DNA from: Deltaproteobacteria bacterium
GTDB taxonomy: Bacteria; Myxococcota; Kuafuiibacteriia; Kuafuiibacteriales; Kuafuiibacteriaceae
Length of the DNA: 64,000 bases
Assembly (NCBI GenBank): GCA_040218735.1
Contig: JAVJQW010000048.1
Coordinates: forward strand, 32,001-96,000
Direction of reading: 5' to 3'
Position 1 is the first letter of the stretch; every line of letters starts with the position of its first letter. This document shows, in pieces, positions 50,106 through 58,530 of the stretch. A program made the translations under genes and the position numbers. The notes under the pieces are model-generated. The model was not told the origin of the DNA, searched no databases, and was given only the letters and a program-made list of their open reading frames with translations.

Positions 50106-52843
50106 GGCGTGTCCTCCTCTGCTGCCTCGCGCTCGTGGCGTGCAGCGAGCCGGCGGACACCGAGCTCATGCCCCGGGACGACGCGGGCGTCGCGCCGGTC
50201 GAAGCGAAGCCGCTGGCGTTCGTGACGGTCGAGCTCCCGGACGGGCGGCTCGGCGATGCGTACGAGGCGACGATCGAAGGGGAGGGCGGCCGGCCGCCGT
50301 ACACGTGGCGCGTCGTCTCCGGAGAGCCGCCGCTCGGAGTGGTGCTGGGGGAGGGCACGCCGTCGGCGCCGCTGTCGGGGACGCCGCGGCGGTTCGGCAA
50401 CTTCACCTTCGCAGTGGATCTCCAGGACGCCGACGGGACGTTGGTGACGCAGGTGTTCGACCTGCTGGTGGTCGACATCGACCCGCTGGAGATCCTCACC
50501 GTCGGGTTGCCGCCGGGGATGCGCTTCGAACCGTACGCGGCGCAGATCGAGTGCACGCCGGGGTTCGGTCCTTACCGATGGCGCCTGAGCCGCGGTGCGC
50601 TGCCGGCGGGGTTGTCGATGTCCGGCGAGGACGAGAGCGCGGACATCTCGGGGGCCCCGACGGTCGGCGGGGCTACGAGCAGCTTCGCCGTCGAGGTTCG
50701 CGATCGATTCGATCGCGTCGCGGAACGCTCCTTCTCGCTCATCGTGCATCGGCTACCGCCGGTACAGATCATCGAGCCTACGACCTTGCCGCCGGGGCGC
50801 GTGGGCGAGCCGTACGAAGTCGCGATCACCGCCGCGGACGGGGTGCCGCCCTATCGCTGGGAGGCGGGGACCTCGCTCCCGGCGGGTCTCACCCTCGCAA
50901 TTTCAGGGACCCCTTCCACCCGACTGCACGGCACCCCCGAGGACGCCGGGCTTCATTCGATCGATGTCGTCGTCGAGGACGCGGACTCCCAGCGGGTCAG
51001 GCGTTCGTATCAAATGGAGGTGCTGCCCGGACAGCTCGCGATTCGAACGTCCACGGTGCCCGATGGTGCGCTGTGCGAAGACTACCTTGCGACGATCATC
51101 GCGGAGGGCGGGACGCCGCCGTACAGTTGGTCCGTCGTGCAAGGTAGCTTGCCGCCCGGGTTGGTGTTCGACCTCGCGGGCGAACGGATCGCGGTGATCG
51201 GAGTGCCGCAACAGGCGGGGACCTTCTCGATCGACGCCATCGTCACCGACGCGCTTGGCCAGACCCAGACCGCGAGCTTCCCGGTTCAGATCGGACCTGT
51301 CGCCGGGCCTCGCCTCGGTGTCCTGATCGGGGCGCAGCTTCCGCAGCGGCGCGTGTGGCCGGTGGATCTCTGCGCCGTGACACCCACGCCGATGGCCGCG
51401 CTTTCGGTGACCGCTGGGTCCGAGCTCGGCGTGGGGGGCTCGTTGGATTCGTTTGCCTTGTCACCGACGCGACGGCACTTCGTGTACGCCGCGCACCAGG
51501 GCGGTCAGCGGGGCATCTTCCTCGTCGACCTGACCGGCGTCGCGCCGGTGCAGACGTTCGTCACGGAGGTCGCCTCGCTCGCCGAGGTCGCCGTGGAGTT
51601 CTCGCCCGATGGCACCCAGCTCGCCTATCGCGCGCGCCTCCCCTCGGAGGGCGCCTGGCAGCTCTACGTCGTCGACGTCACCGAGACTCCGCTCGTCTCT
51701 CGCCAAGTCGATCCGGCGAGCTCGGGTTCGGCGGGGCCGACGGTGCACATGCGGTGGTCGCCGAATGGGCAGCGCCTCGCCTTCGTGGGGACCCACACGC
51801 TCACGCACGAAGCGTACGTCGCGGACATCTCGACCGCGACGGTGACGACGCGTGTGGTCAGTCGAGGCCAGCTCGCGCCCGCCAACGTGCTGCGAGTCGT
51901 GGCGTGGTCGGCGGATTCGAATCACCTGTTGTTCAGCGCGGACGCGCTGCGCGGTGCGCGTCGTGAGATCTACGCGGTCGATCTCCGAATCCCGACGGCG
52001 GTGCCCGAGCCGATCACGCCGCAGGCGATCGATTCGTCCCAAGTATCATTGGACACCACGGTCTCGGCGAGCGGCGACTTCCTCGCGTACCTCGGGAATC
52101 AGCAGCTGCTCGAGCGTAATGACCTCTACGTCGTCGATCTCACCACGCCGCCGTTCAACGTGGTGAGGGCGGCGTCCTCGACCTCGCCCTTCGCCGAAGC
52201 CGCGGCGCCGAAGTGGGCGCCCGTCGGCGAACAGCTCGCGTTCCTCGCTCGGGTCGCGCTGAACGGCCCCTTCGGGGTCTACGAAGCGGACGCCCGCGTC
52301 GCGACGGCGGCGACGCGCCTGGATCCTCCGTCGACGGTGCAGGGCGGTGTCCAGGTGAGCGCGGCGGCGTTTGCGTACAACCACGACGGGTCGCGCCTCG
52401 CGTACATCGCGGACACGTATACACGCGGGCGCTTCCAACACTACGTCGCGCATCGTGCGGGGCCGTACGCCCGGATGGTGTTCCCGCTCGGACAGCTCGA
52501 CGCCACACACCACGTGGTGGCGTTCGAGTGGGCGTCGGGCGCGAATCGAATGCTCATCGCCGCCGAGCCCCGCACCGGCGGCCCCGCCGAGCTGTATGTG
52601 GCGGACCTTCTGGACACGCGCGGAGGCATCACCACGCGCGTCGGCGCGCCGATGGCGAACGTCTTCGCAGCCGAGCCCATGCTCGCGATCTCCGCGTCCG
52701 GGGCGCGCATCTTCTACGGCGAGGTCACCGCGGCGTCGCCGTCACCGACGCCGGTCGTGACGTACACGGGCGGGCCGATGTCTCAGACGCCGATGCTGCT
52801 CACGCCGTCCGACGCGCAGCTGCTCCATCACATCAGAAACTAG
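50102..52843 (+). CDS. Paralogous Ig-repeat (about 4 domains) plus beta-propeller lipoprotein
   Basis: GTG 50102 overlaps the previous stop. Lipobox LVAC; same Ig and propeller motifs (CTPGF.PYRW, DLC, WSPNGQRLAF). Confidence 0.8.
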   Translation: MRRVLLCCLALVACSEPADTELMPRDDAGVAPVEAKPLAFVTVELPDGRLGDAYEATIEGEGGRPPYTWRVVSGEPPLGVVLGEGTPSAPLSGTPRRFGNFTFAVDLQDADGTLVTQVFDLLVVDIDPLEILTVGLPPGMRFEPYAAQIECTPGFGPYRWRLSRGALPAGLSMSGEDESADISGAPTVGGATSSFAVEVRDRFDRVAERSFSLIVHRLPPVQIIEPTTLPPGRVGEPYEVAITAADGVPPYRWEAGTSLPAGLTLAISGTPSTRLHGTPEDAGLHSIDVVVEDADSQRVRRSYQMEVLPGQLAIRTSTVPDGALCEDYLATIIAEGGTPPYSWSVVQGSLPPGLVFDLAGERIAVIGVPQQAGTFSIDAIVTDALGQTQTASFPVQIGPVAGPRLGVLIGAQLPQRRVWPVDLCAVTPTPMAALSVTAGSELGVGGSLDSFALSPTRRHFVYAAHQGGQRGIFLVDLTGVAPVQTFVTEVASLAEVAVEFSPDGTQLAYRARLPSEGAWQLYVVDVTETPLVSRQVDPASSGSAGPTVHMRWSPNGQRLAFVGTHTLTHEAYVADISTATVTTRVVSRGQLAPANVLRVVAWSADSNHLLFSADALRGARREIYAVDLRIPTAVPEPITPQAIDSSQVSLDTTVSASGDFLAYLGNQQLLERNDLYVVDLTTPPFNVVRAASSTSPFAEAAAPKWAPVGEQLAFLARVALNGPFGVYEADARVATAATRLDPPSTVQGGVQVSAAAFAYNHDGSRLAYIADTYTRGRFQHYVAHRAGPYARMVFPLGQLDATHHVVAFEWASGANRMLIAAEPRTGGPAELYVADLLDTRGGITTRVGAPMANVFAAEPMLAISASGARIFYGEVTAASPSPTPVVTYTGGPMSQTPMLLTPSDAQLLHHIRN

Positions 52844-53495
52844 AACGCGGCGCGGTCTTCTTGTGACGACCGATCAAGAACACTTCGCGTGATCCCTCGC
52901 GCGTCGCTTCGGGCTTCAGCAGCTTCACGTCCTTGTAGATACGCTTCGCCTCGTCGATCAGCTCGTCGGCGTCGCGGCCCTGGAACAGCTTCGCGATGAA
53001 GAAGCCGCCCTCTTTCACCAGGACGTCGGAGAGCAGGAGCGCCTGTCGCGCGAGGGCGACGGACTTGGCCTGGTCGGCGTCGCGAATGCCGGTGAGCTTC
53101 GGCGCCATGTCGGAGACCAGCCCGTCGATCCGGAACGTGGGCGGGGGCTCCTCGGTGACCTCGGTGCCCTTCTTCTTCGCGACGAGCTCGGCGATCTGGC
53201 GCCGCACGCGCTCCGGGGTGAGGTCGTCGACCGAGGCGATCTCGTGGGAGGCGTTCGGACCGGGCACGACCTCGGCGGGCTCGAGGTCGTAACCTGCGAC
53301 GACGCCCTTCTTGCCGATGACGCGCGAGATGTACTGCATCCACGAGCCCGGCGAGGCGCCGAGGTCGACGATGCGCGCACCTTTGTCGAACAGCGACAGA
53401 CGCCGGTCGATCTCTTCCAGCTTGTAGACGGAGCGCGCGGCGAAGTTCTCTCGCTTCGCGCGCTGGTGAAAACGGTCTTTTTTCTCGTAGGGCAG
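52833..53495 (-). CDS. rlmE: 23S rRNA Um2552 2'-O-methyltransferase RlmE/FtsJ; CTG start
   Basis: The frame upstream of the track ATG reads (L)PYEKKDRFHQRAKRENFAARSVYKLEEID...VDLGASPGSW. SDMAP, KLFQG and KPEATR..SREVF motifs. Confidence 0.9.
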   Translation of the reverse strand: MPYEKKDRFHQRAKRENFAARSVYKLEEIDRRLSLFDKGARIVDLGASPGSWMQYISRVIGKKGVVAGYDLEPAEVVPGPNASHEIASVDDLTPERVRRQIAELVAKKKGTEVTEEPPPTFRIDGLVSDMAPKLTGIRDADQAKSVALARQALLLSDVLVKEGGFFIAKLFQGRDADELIDEAKRIYKDVKLLKPEATREGSREVFLIGRHKKTAPRSSF

Positions 53496-53499
53496 GGGG

Positions 53500-54168
53500 T
53501 CAGCCCAGCGGCGTCACGCGGCCGTGGTTCTTCACCGCCTGGCGCACGAACACCGTCGAGTTGCGCGAGCCCGGAACCGAGCCGCGGATGAGGACGAGGT
53601 TCTTCTCCGTGTCGATCTTCACGATGCGGAGGTTCTGAACCGTGACCTTCTTGTTGCCCATCTGACCGGGGAGGCGCTTGCCCTTGTAGACCTCACCGGG
53701 CGTGGTGCGGCAGCCGATCGAGCCGACGTGACGGAACTGCTCGTGCGTACCGTGCGTCTTCTGCTTGGCGCCCTTCATGTTGTGCTTCTTCATGACGCCG
53801 GCGAAGCCTTTGCCCTTCGAGGTGGCGGTGACGTCGATCCACTCGCCCTCCGAAAAGACGTCCGCCTTGATCTCCTGACCGACTTCCATCGGTCCGATCA
53901 TGTCGGCGCTGCCGCGCAGCTCGCGAAGCACCCACTTCGGCTTCACGTCCGCGCGCTTGAAGTGGCCTTCCAGGGCCTTGTTGACCTTGCGGTGCTCTTT
54001 GTCCCCGTAGCCGATCTGCACGGCGTGGTAGCCGTCCTTCCCGTCCACGGACTTCTTCTGAACGACGACGTTCGGGCCGAGCTCCACCACCGTGACGGGG
54101 ATGCGCTTGCCGTCCTCGAAGATCTGGGTCATTCCGATCTTCTTGCCGATCAAACCTTTGCGATCCAT
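53500..54168 (-). CDS. rplC: 50S ribosomal protein L3 (outside the S10 operon)
   Basis: GKKIGMTQIF, PVTV, DGYHAVQIG, SKGKGFAGVMKK, THG, PGQMG and GSVPG. Confidence 0.97.
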   Translation of the reverse strand: MDRKGLIGKKIGMTQIFEDGKRIPVTVVELGPNVVVQKKSVDGKDGYHAVQIGYGDKEHRKVNKALEGHFKRADVKPKWVLRELRGSADMIGPMEVGQEIKADVFSEGEWIDVTATSKGKGFAGVMKKHNMKGAKQKTHGTHEQFRHVGSIGCRTTPGEVYKGKRLPGQMGNKKVTVQNLRIVKIDTEKNLVLIRGSVPGSRNSTVFVRQAVKNHGRVTPLG

Positions 54169-54261
54169 TGCAACTAGCTCCTTGTTCGCCCGGCCTCATG
54201 GCGGCTCGCCGGCCTTCCTGCCGACGGGCACATCAGGTTCTTTTCCGGGTCGAGGCCGCGG

Positions 54262-54291
54262 AATCTAGGGGTGGCCCGGCGGCCCGGTCAA
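54262..54291 (-). promoter_or_regulatory. sigma70 promoter of rplC-rlmE
   Basis: TTGACC (54291-54286), 18-nt spacer, TAGATT (54267-54262). About 85-nt 5'UTR with AAGGAG RBS. Confidence 0.65.
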
Positions 54292-54341
54292 GGATTTCGT
54301 TCACGCACCGACACCCGTCGAGCGCCCGATAACCCTGGGGG

Positions 54342-55559
54342 ATGCCCGTGAACCCCACCGGTCCGCGCTCGGGCGCGCTGGATCTGAACCGCCTGGCCCA
54401 GCACGACCCCGAGGCGGCCGAGGTCGGCTTCGCGCTCAACCACCCGGCGTACGGCGGCGTGGACCTCGACGGCGACCCCACGCGCCTCACCTGGGACGAG
54501 CTCGCGGCCGCCGCTCCCGGGTTCCTCCGCGCCTACCCCCAGATCCAGCCCGCGCTCCTCCGCCTCCGCGCGGCCTTCGCGAGCGACCCGGCCCCCAGCG
54601 CACCCCCCGTGAACGACCCGGGGCCCGGCTGGATCGACCCGGCCTCGGCGCAGGGCGTCACCGACGCCGCCGGCAACGAAAACGGCCGCCTCGTGCACGT
54701 CGACGGACGGCCCCTCCTCCTCTTCGACCGCTCCGACGCACAGTTCTCCCGCTCCGAGGTCCGCTTCGGCGCGCCCGGCGCCGCCTCCCGCCCCCTCCTG
54801 GAAGGCGCACTGCTGCAAGCGTCCCCCAGCCTCGCCGCGGGGCACGTCTACCTGCTCCGCGCCGACCGCTTCGACGCCCCCACGGCCGAGCTGGTCCGCG
54901 TCCCGTTCGACGGCGAGCGCGCCGGCCCGGCGGAGCCGGTCGTAGGCCTCGAGGGGCTCGGCCCGCTGTCGTGGCCGCGGGTGCACGAGCTCCCGCAAGG
55001 GGGCTTCGTCGCGGCCTATCGCGACGCCGCCTCCCGCCCCCGCGTCGCGTACAGCGACGACGGTCAGCGCTTCGTCACGCTCCCCGGCACGGTGGAGCCG
55101 CAAGGCGCCGCGATGGTCGAGCTCGGTGTCTTCGAGAACGGGTCGCTCGCGATGACCTATCAGCGCACGCTGCCCGACGGCTCGTACGTCTCCTACGTTC
55201 GCACTTCACAGGACGCACGAACGTGGAGCGCGCGCCGGCCGATCACCGCGGCGAGCAACAACGTCCACGACACGAGCCTCGTGCGCCGCGAAGACGGCGG
55301 CCTCGATCTTCACTACGTGTACACGACCGAGCGCGAAGGCTTCGCGCTGTACCGACGCGCGCTCGGCGAAGACGGCCGGCTCGGTCCGGAGCAGCGCGTG
55401 ACGCGGCCCGGTCCGGACATCAACAAACCCGTCGCGTCGCGCGCGCCGGACGGTTCGTCGTGGGTGACCTTCGCGGAGGTGACCAGCCGCGACCCCGCGG
55501 GCTGGGTGAATGGCCAACAGCTGCGGACCGTCGAGCTCGACGGCGACGCGCCGCGCTGA
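54342..55559 (+). CDS. Hypothetical protein with sialidase/BNR-like beta-propeller
   Basis: Asp-box-like AYSDDGQRF and RTSQDARTWS. Confidence 0.6.
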   Translation: MPVNPTGPRSGALDLNRLAQHDPEAAEVGFALNHPAYGGVDLDGDPTRLTWDELAAAAPGFLRAYPQIQPALLRLRAAFASDPAPSAPPVNDPGPGWIDPASAQGVTDAAGNENGRLVHVDGRPLLLFDRSDAQFSRSEVRFGAPGAASRPLLEGALLQASPSLAAGHVYLLRADRFDAPTAELVRVPFDGERAGPAEPVVGLEGLGPLSWPRVHELPQGGFVAAYRDAASRPRVAYSDDGQRFVTLPGTVEPQGAAMVELGVFENGSLAMTYQRTLPDGSYVSYVRTSQDARTWSARRPITAASNNVHDTSLVRREDGGLDLHYVYTTEREGFALYRRALGEDGRLGPEQRVTRPGPDINKPVASRAPDGSSWVTFAEVTSRDPAGWVNGQQLRTVELDGDAPR

Positions 55560-57119
55560 TCAGCGCGTCTCTTCGGGACCGAGGGTGATCGTCGGCGCCG
55601 GCTCGGGCGTGCTCCGCACCCACCAGTCGTCGAGCCCGACGCCGCTCTCCGGGGAGCCGCCGGACTGCACGGAGACGAAGCGGAAGTGCAGTGAAGGCTG
55701 GTCGATCTGCGGCCGGAACCTGAGTCGCACACGCTGGTAGTACGTGAAGCCGGGGCCCGGGAAGTTCCACCCCTCGACGGTGCGGTCCGAGCCGTTGTTC
55801 TCCTCGAACGTGAGCGTGTGGTTCGGCGGGAACTCGACGTAGCTCGCCGACGGGAACAGCAGCGACGCCGCGAGGTCGTCGTTGTCGAGCGAGTGCGAGA
55901 AGTAGATGATGTCGTTCGGCGAATCGAGGAACTGCGCAGTGATGTAGAAGCTCGTCTCGTAGCTCACGTTCGCGGGCGCTCCGACGAGCACCGTACGGAT
56001 GCGCGGCGTAGCGAGCGTGCGGCGGAAGGGCACCGCGCCGCCGTCGGAGATGCAGTAGTTGCCGTCCGTGTTCCCGAACGCTTCGACCGGGCGTTGCAGG
56101 CCGCAGCGTGACCAGTCGTTGGTGTCCCACGCGTCGTCGTCGCCGGAGTCGACCGGCGAGACGTTGTTGTCGAAGTCCTCGAGGAACTCGAACACCGAGT
56201 TGTCCGGTGGGTTGTCGGCCATCGTGTCGCCGTAATAGAGCGCGAGCGCGTCGCCCTCCGGCGCGCCGGCCGCGGGGATGTCGCGCTGGACGCGGGCGAT
56301 CAGGTACAGGCCGTCGGTGTTCGGTGCGAGGCGATCGTCGTAGGCGTGCGCGAGGCGGTCGGTGCCTTGGTACACGGCGAGGTCGCGCGCGGTGTCGAGT
56401 GACTTGCCTTCGGTGACGAGCGTCCCGTGCGGCACGGGGATGCGCAGTGTGACGCCGGCGGGGATGTCGCCGGTGGTGTTCAGTCGGACGGCGCGCCGGT
56501 AGCCGTACATGCCTTGGAAGTCGCCGAGGCCGGAGTCGGGCGGGCCGGCGTCGCGCGGCGGTCCGCCGTCGCGGAAGCCGCCGTCGCGCGGGGTGCCGCC
56601 GTCGCGGTCACCCGCGTCCGGGATGGGGCCGGCGTCACGGTTGGGATCCTTCGGTCCGCCGTCGCGCGGATCGTCCGAGGACAGATCGAACGCGACCTTC
56701 TCCACGACGTCCTCGCCGTCGAGGAGGAGCACCAAGGTGTACACCTGGGGGATGAGCGGACCGTTCTTTACGAACACCCGCATGTTGGTCGGCCCGAGGA
56801 CGTTGAACTCCGGCTCGAGCGTAACGGCCGATTGCTCCCCGCGTAGCTGGACCGACAGGTCGTTGCTCAGGACCTGGCCTTCGCCGGCGGAGAGGTCGTA
56901 CGCGATGGCGCGGATGAAGCCGCCGCCGGTGACGAGGAGGTCGAATTCGGCCGCACGGGCGTCTCCGTCCACTTCCAGCGTGTCGATGCGCAGCGCGTCG
57001 GGCGAAGTGCTCGGACACGCGGTCAGCGTCACGAGCGCCGCGGGCAGGAACAAACTGGGCCATCGGACCGGTTTCGGTCGTACGAGAATTCGACGGGAGG
57101 TGGATCGGTTCTGAGACAT
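55560..57119 (-). CDS. Lipoprotein with RDGG/RDAG linker and DUF2341-like domain (start may be downstream)
   Basis: Lipobox LTAC; YRRAV...LALYYGD...VFEFLEDFD pattern. Confidence 0.6.
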   Translation of the reverse strand: MSQNRSTSRRILVRPKPVRWPSLFLPAALVTLTACPSTSPDALRIDTLEVDGDARAAEFDLLVTGGGFIRAIAYDLSAGEGQVLSNDLSVQLRGEQSAVTLEPEFNVLGPTNMRVFVKNGPLIPQVYTLVLLLDGEDVVEKVAFDLSSDDPRDGGPKDPNRDAGPIPDAGDRDGGTPRDGGFRDGGPPRDAGPPDSGLGDFQGMYGYRRAVRLNTTGDIPAGVTLRIPVPHGTLVTEGKSLDTARDLAVYQGTDRLAHAYDDRLAPNTDGLYLIARVQRDIPAAGAPEGDALALYYGDTMADNPPDNSVFEFLEDFDNNVSPVDSGDDDAWDTNDWSRCGLQRPVEAFGNTDGNYCISDGGAVPFRRTLATPRIRTVLVGAPANVSYETSFYITAQFLDSPNDIIYFSHSLDNDDLAASLLFPSASYVEFPPNHTLTFEENNGSDRTVEGWNFPGPGFTYYQRVRLRFRPQIDQPSLHFRFVSVQSGGSPESGVGLDDWWVRSTPEPAPTITLGPEETR

Positions 57120-57201
57120 CGCGTTACGACCGCTCCTTCGAGGCCCGCCCCGATTGCCGGGGCGTTCTCGCGAGTGGTAATTTAACCGATCCTAGGGGTT
57201 C

Positions 57202-58506
57202 ATGCGTCGCCGAAGACATCAACGTTCTGCGTCGGTCCTGGTTGGGGCCTTCGTAACGTCGATCCTGGTGCATGCACTGGTCGCATTCCCCCTTCGTGAC
57301 GCCGTAGACGACTACCTGTCCCGCGGGTCCAGCGTACCAAAACCCGTGCGGGTCGTCCGCCTTTCGCCCGATGCGTGGTCGAAGAGCATGAAGGACGCGA
57401 GGTCGGCCCGCGCGAGGCGTCCCGACCTGAAGCCGACCACGAAGAAGGCCGACGCTCGCGCCGCGGAGGCCAAGGCGAAGGCCGAGGCCGAGAAGAAGAA
57501 GGAAGAGCCGAAGAACGAGCGGCTGCGCGGGCAGATCGTCGAGGTCCCGCCGACGCCCGACGACAGCCCGAATCCGGACGCGAAGTACCTGTCGAAGTAC
57601 AACTCCCACGTCGACAAGGAGACGACCGCGCGTCAGGAGCTGCGCGACTCCACGAAGAAGCGCGTCACCAACAAACTCCAGGAGAAGGAGCGGGTCGGTT
57701 CGCCGGAGAACGCGATGAAGACGCGCGGGCTCACGGTTCGGGGTGACAACGACGTCGCGAACAAAAACGGCAAGGCCGGAAAGAAGGGCGACGGCGAGGC
57801 GCAGTTCAAGCTGAAGATGCCGGACATGCAGCGCCGCGACGAGGTCGCGTTGAAGCTGTCGGATCTGCCGGGGCGCATGCGTCGCGTTCCGAACCGCCTC
57901 GGCACCGAAGAGGTGCGCGGCAACTCGGATCGTTTCGAGCTGCAGATGGGCAAGATGAACGCGAAGGACGGCGAGGGCGACGACGGCGGCAAGATCGGCG
58001 ACAAAAACGCGCCCGAGAACGAGCTGCCCTCCCTCGCGGCGTTGGCGCCGACGATCGGCACCATCGCGCGCATCAGCGGCTCACCGTCGCGCGACTACGT
58101 CGAAGGCGTGCAGGAGGGTGAGGGCACCTTCCTCAACACCAAGGAGTTCAAACACGCCACGTTCTTCTACCGCGTGCGCGACAGCGTCGCGACGTACTGG
58201 GAGGACCTCGCCGCGCGTGAGTATCGTCGCCGCGATCCGAGCGGGAACATCTACGGCGTGCGCGACCGGTCGACGCTCCTGCACATCCAGCTCGCGCCGG
58301 ACGGGACGCTCGCGAACGTCCGCGTGGAGCAGACCAGCGGCGTCGACTTCCTCGACAACGTCGCGGTGCAGGCGTTCAAGATGGCGGAGCCGTTCCCGAA
58401 CCCGCCGGCCGCGATCGTCGACCCGGACGGGCGCATCCGCTTCAACTTCCAGTTCGTCGTGACGATGCGCTCGCGCAGCCCGATGAACCTGTTCAACTTC
58501 CGCTAG
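57202..58506 (+). CDS. TonB/TolA-family energy transducer (N-terminal TM with SxxxH, C-terminal TonB domain)
   Basis: TSILVHA, Lys/Ala-rich linker, TFLNTKEFK and TSGVDFLD..AVQAF..AEPFPNPP. Confidence 0.8.
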   Translation: MRRRRHQRSASVLVGAFVTSILVHALVAFPLRDAVDDYLSRGSSVPKPVRVVRLSPDAWSKSMKDARSARARRPDLKPTTKKADARAAEAKAKAEAEKKKEEPKNERLRGQIVEVPPTPDDSPNPDAKYLSKYNSHVDKETTARQELRDSTKKRVTNKLQEKERVGSPENAMKTRGLTVRGDNDVANKNGKAGKKGDGEAQFKLKMPDMQRRDEVALKLSDLPGRMRRVPNRLGTEEVRGNSDRFELQMGKMNAKDGEGDDGGKIGDKNAPENELPSLAALAPTIGTIARISGSPSRDYVEGVQEGEGTFLNTKEFKHATFFYRVRDSVATYWEDLAAREYRRRDPSGNIYGVRDRSTLLHIQLAPDGTLANVRVEQTSGVDFLDNVAVQAFKMAEPFPNPPAAIVDPDGRIRFNFQFVVTMRSRSPMNLFNFR

Positions 58507-58530
58507 CAGCGATACAGACCAACTGCGCGA

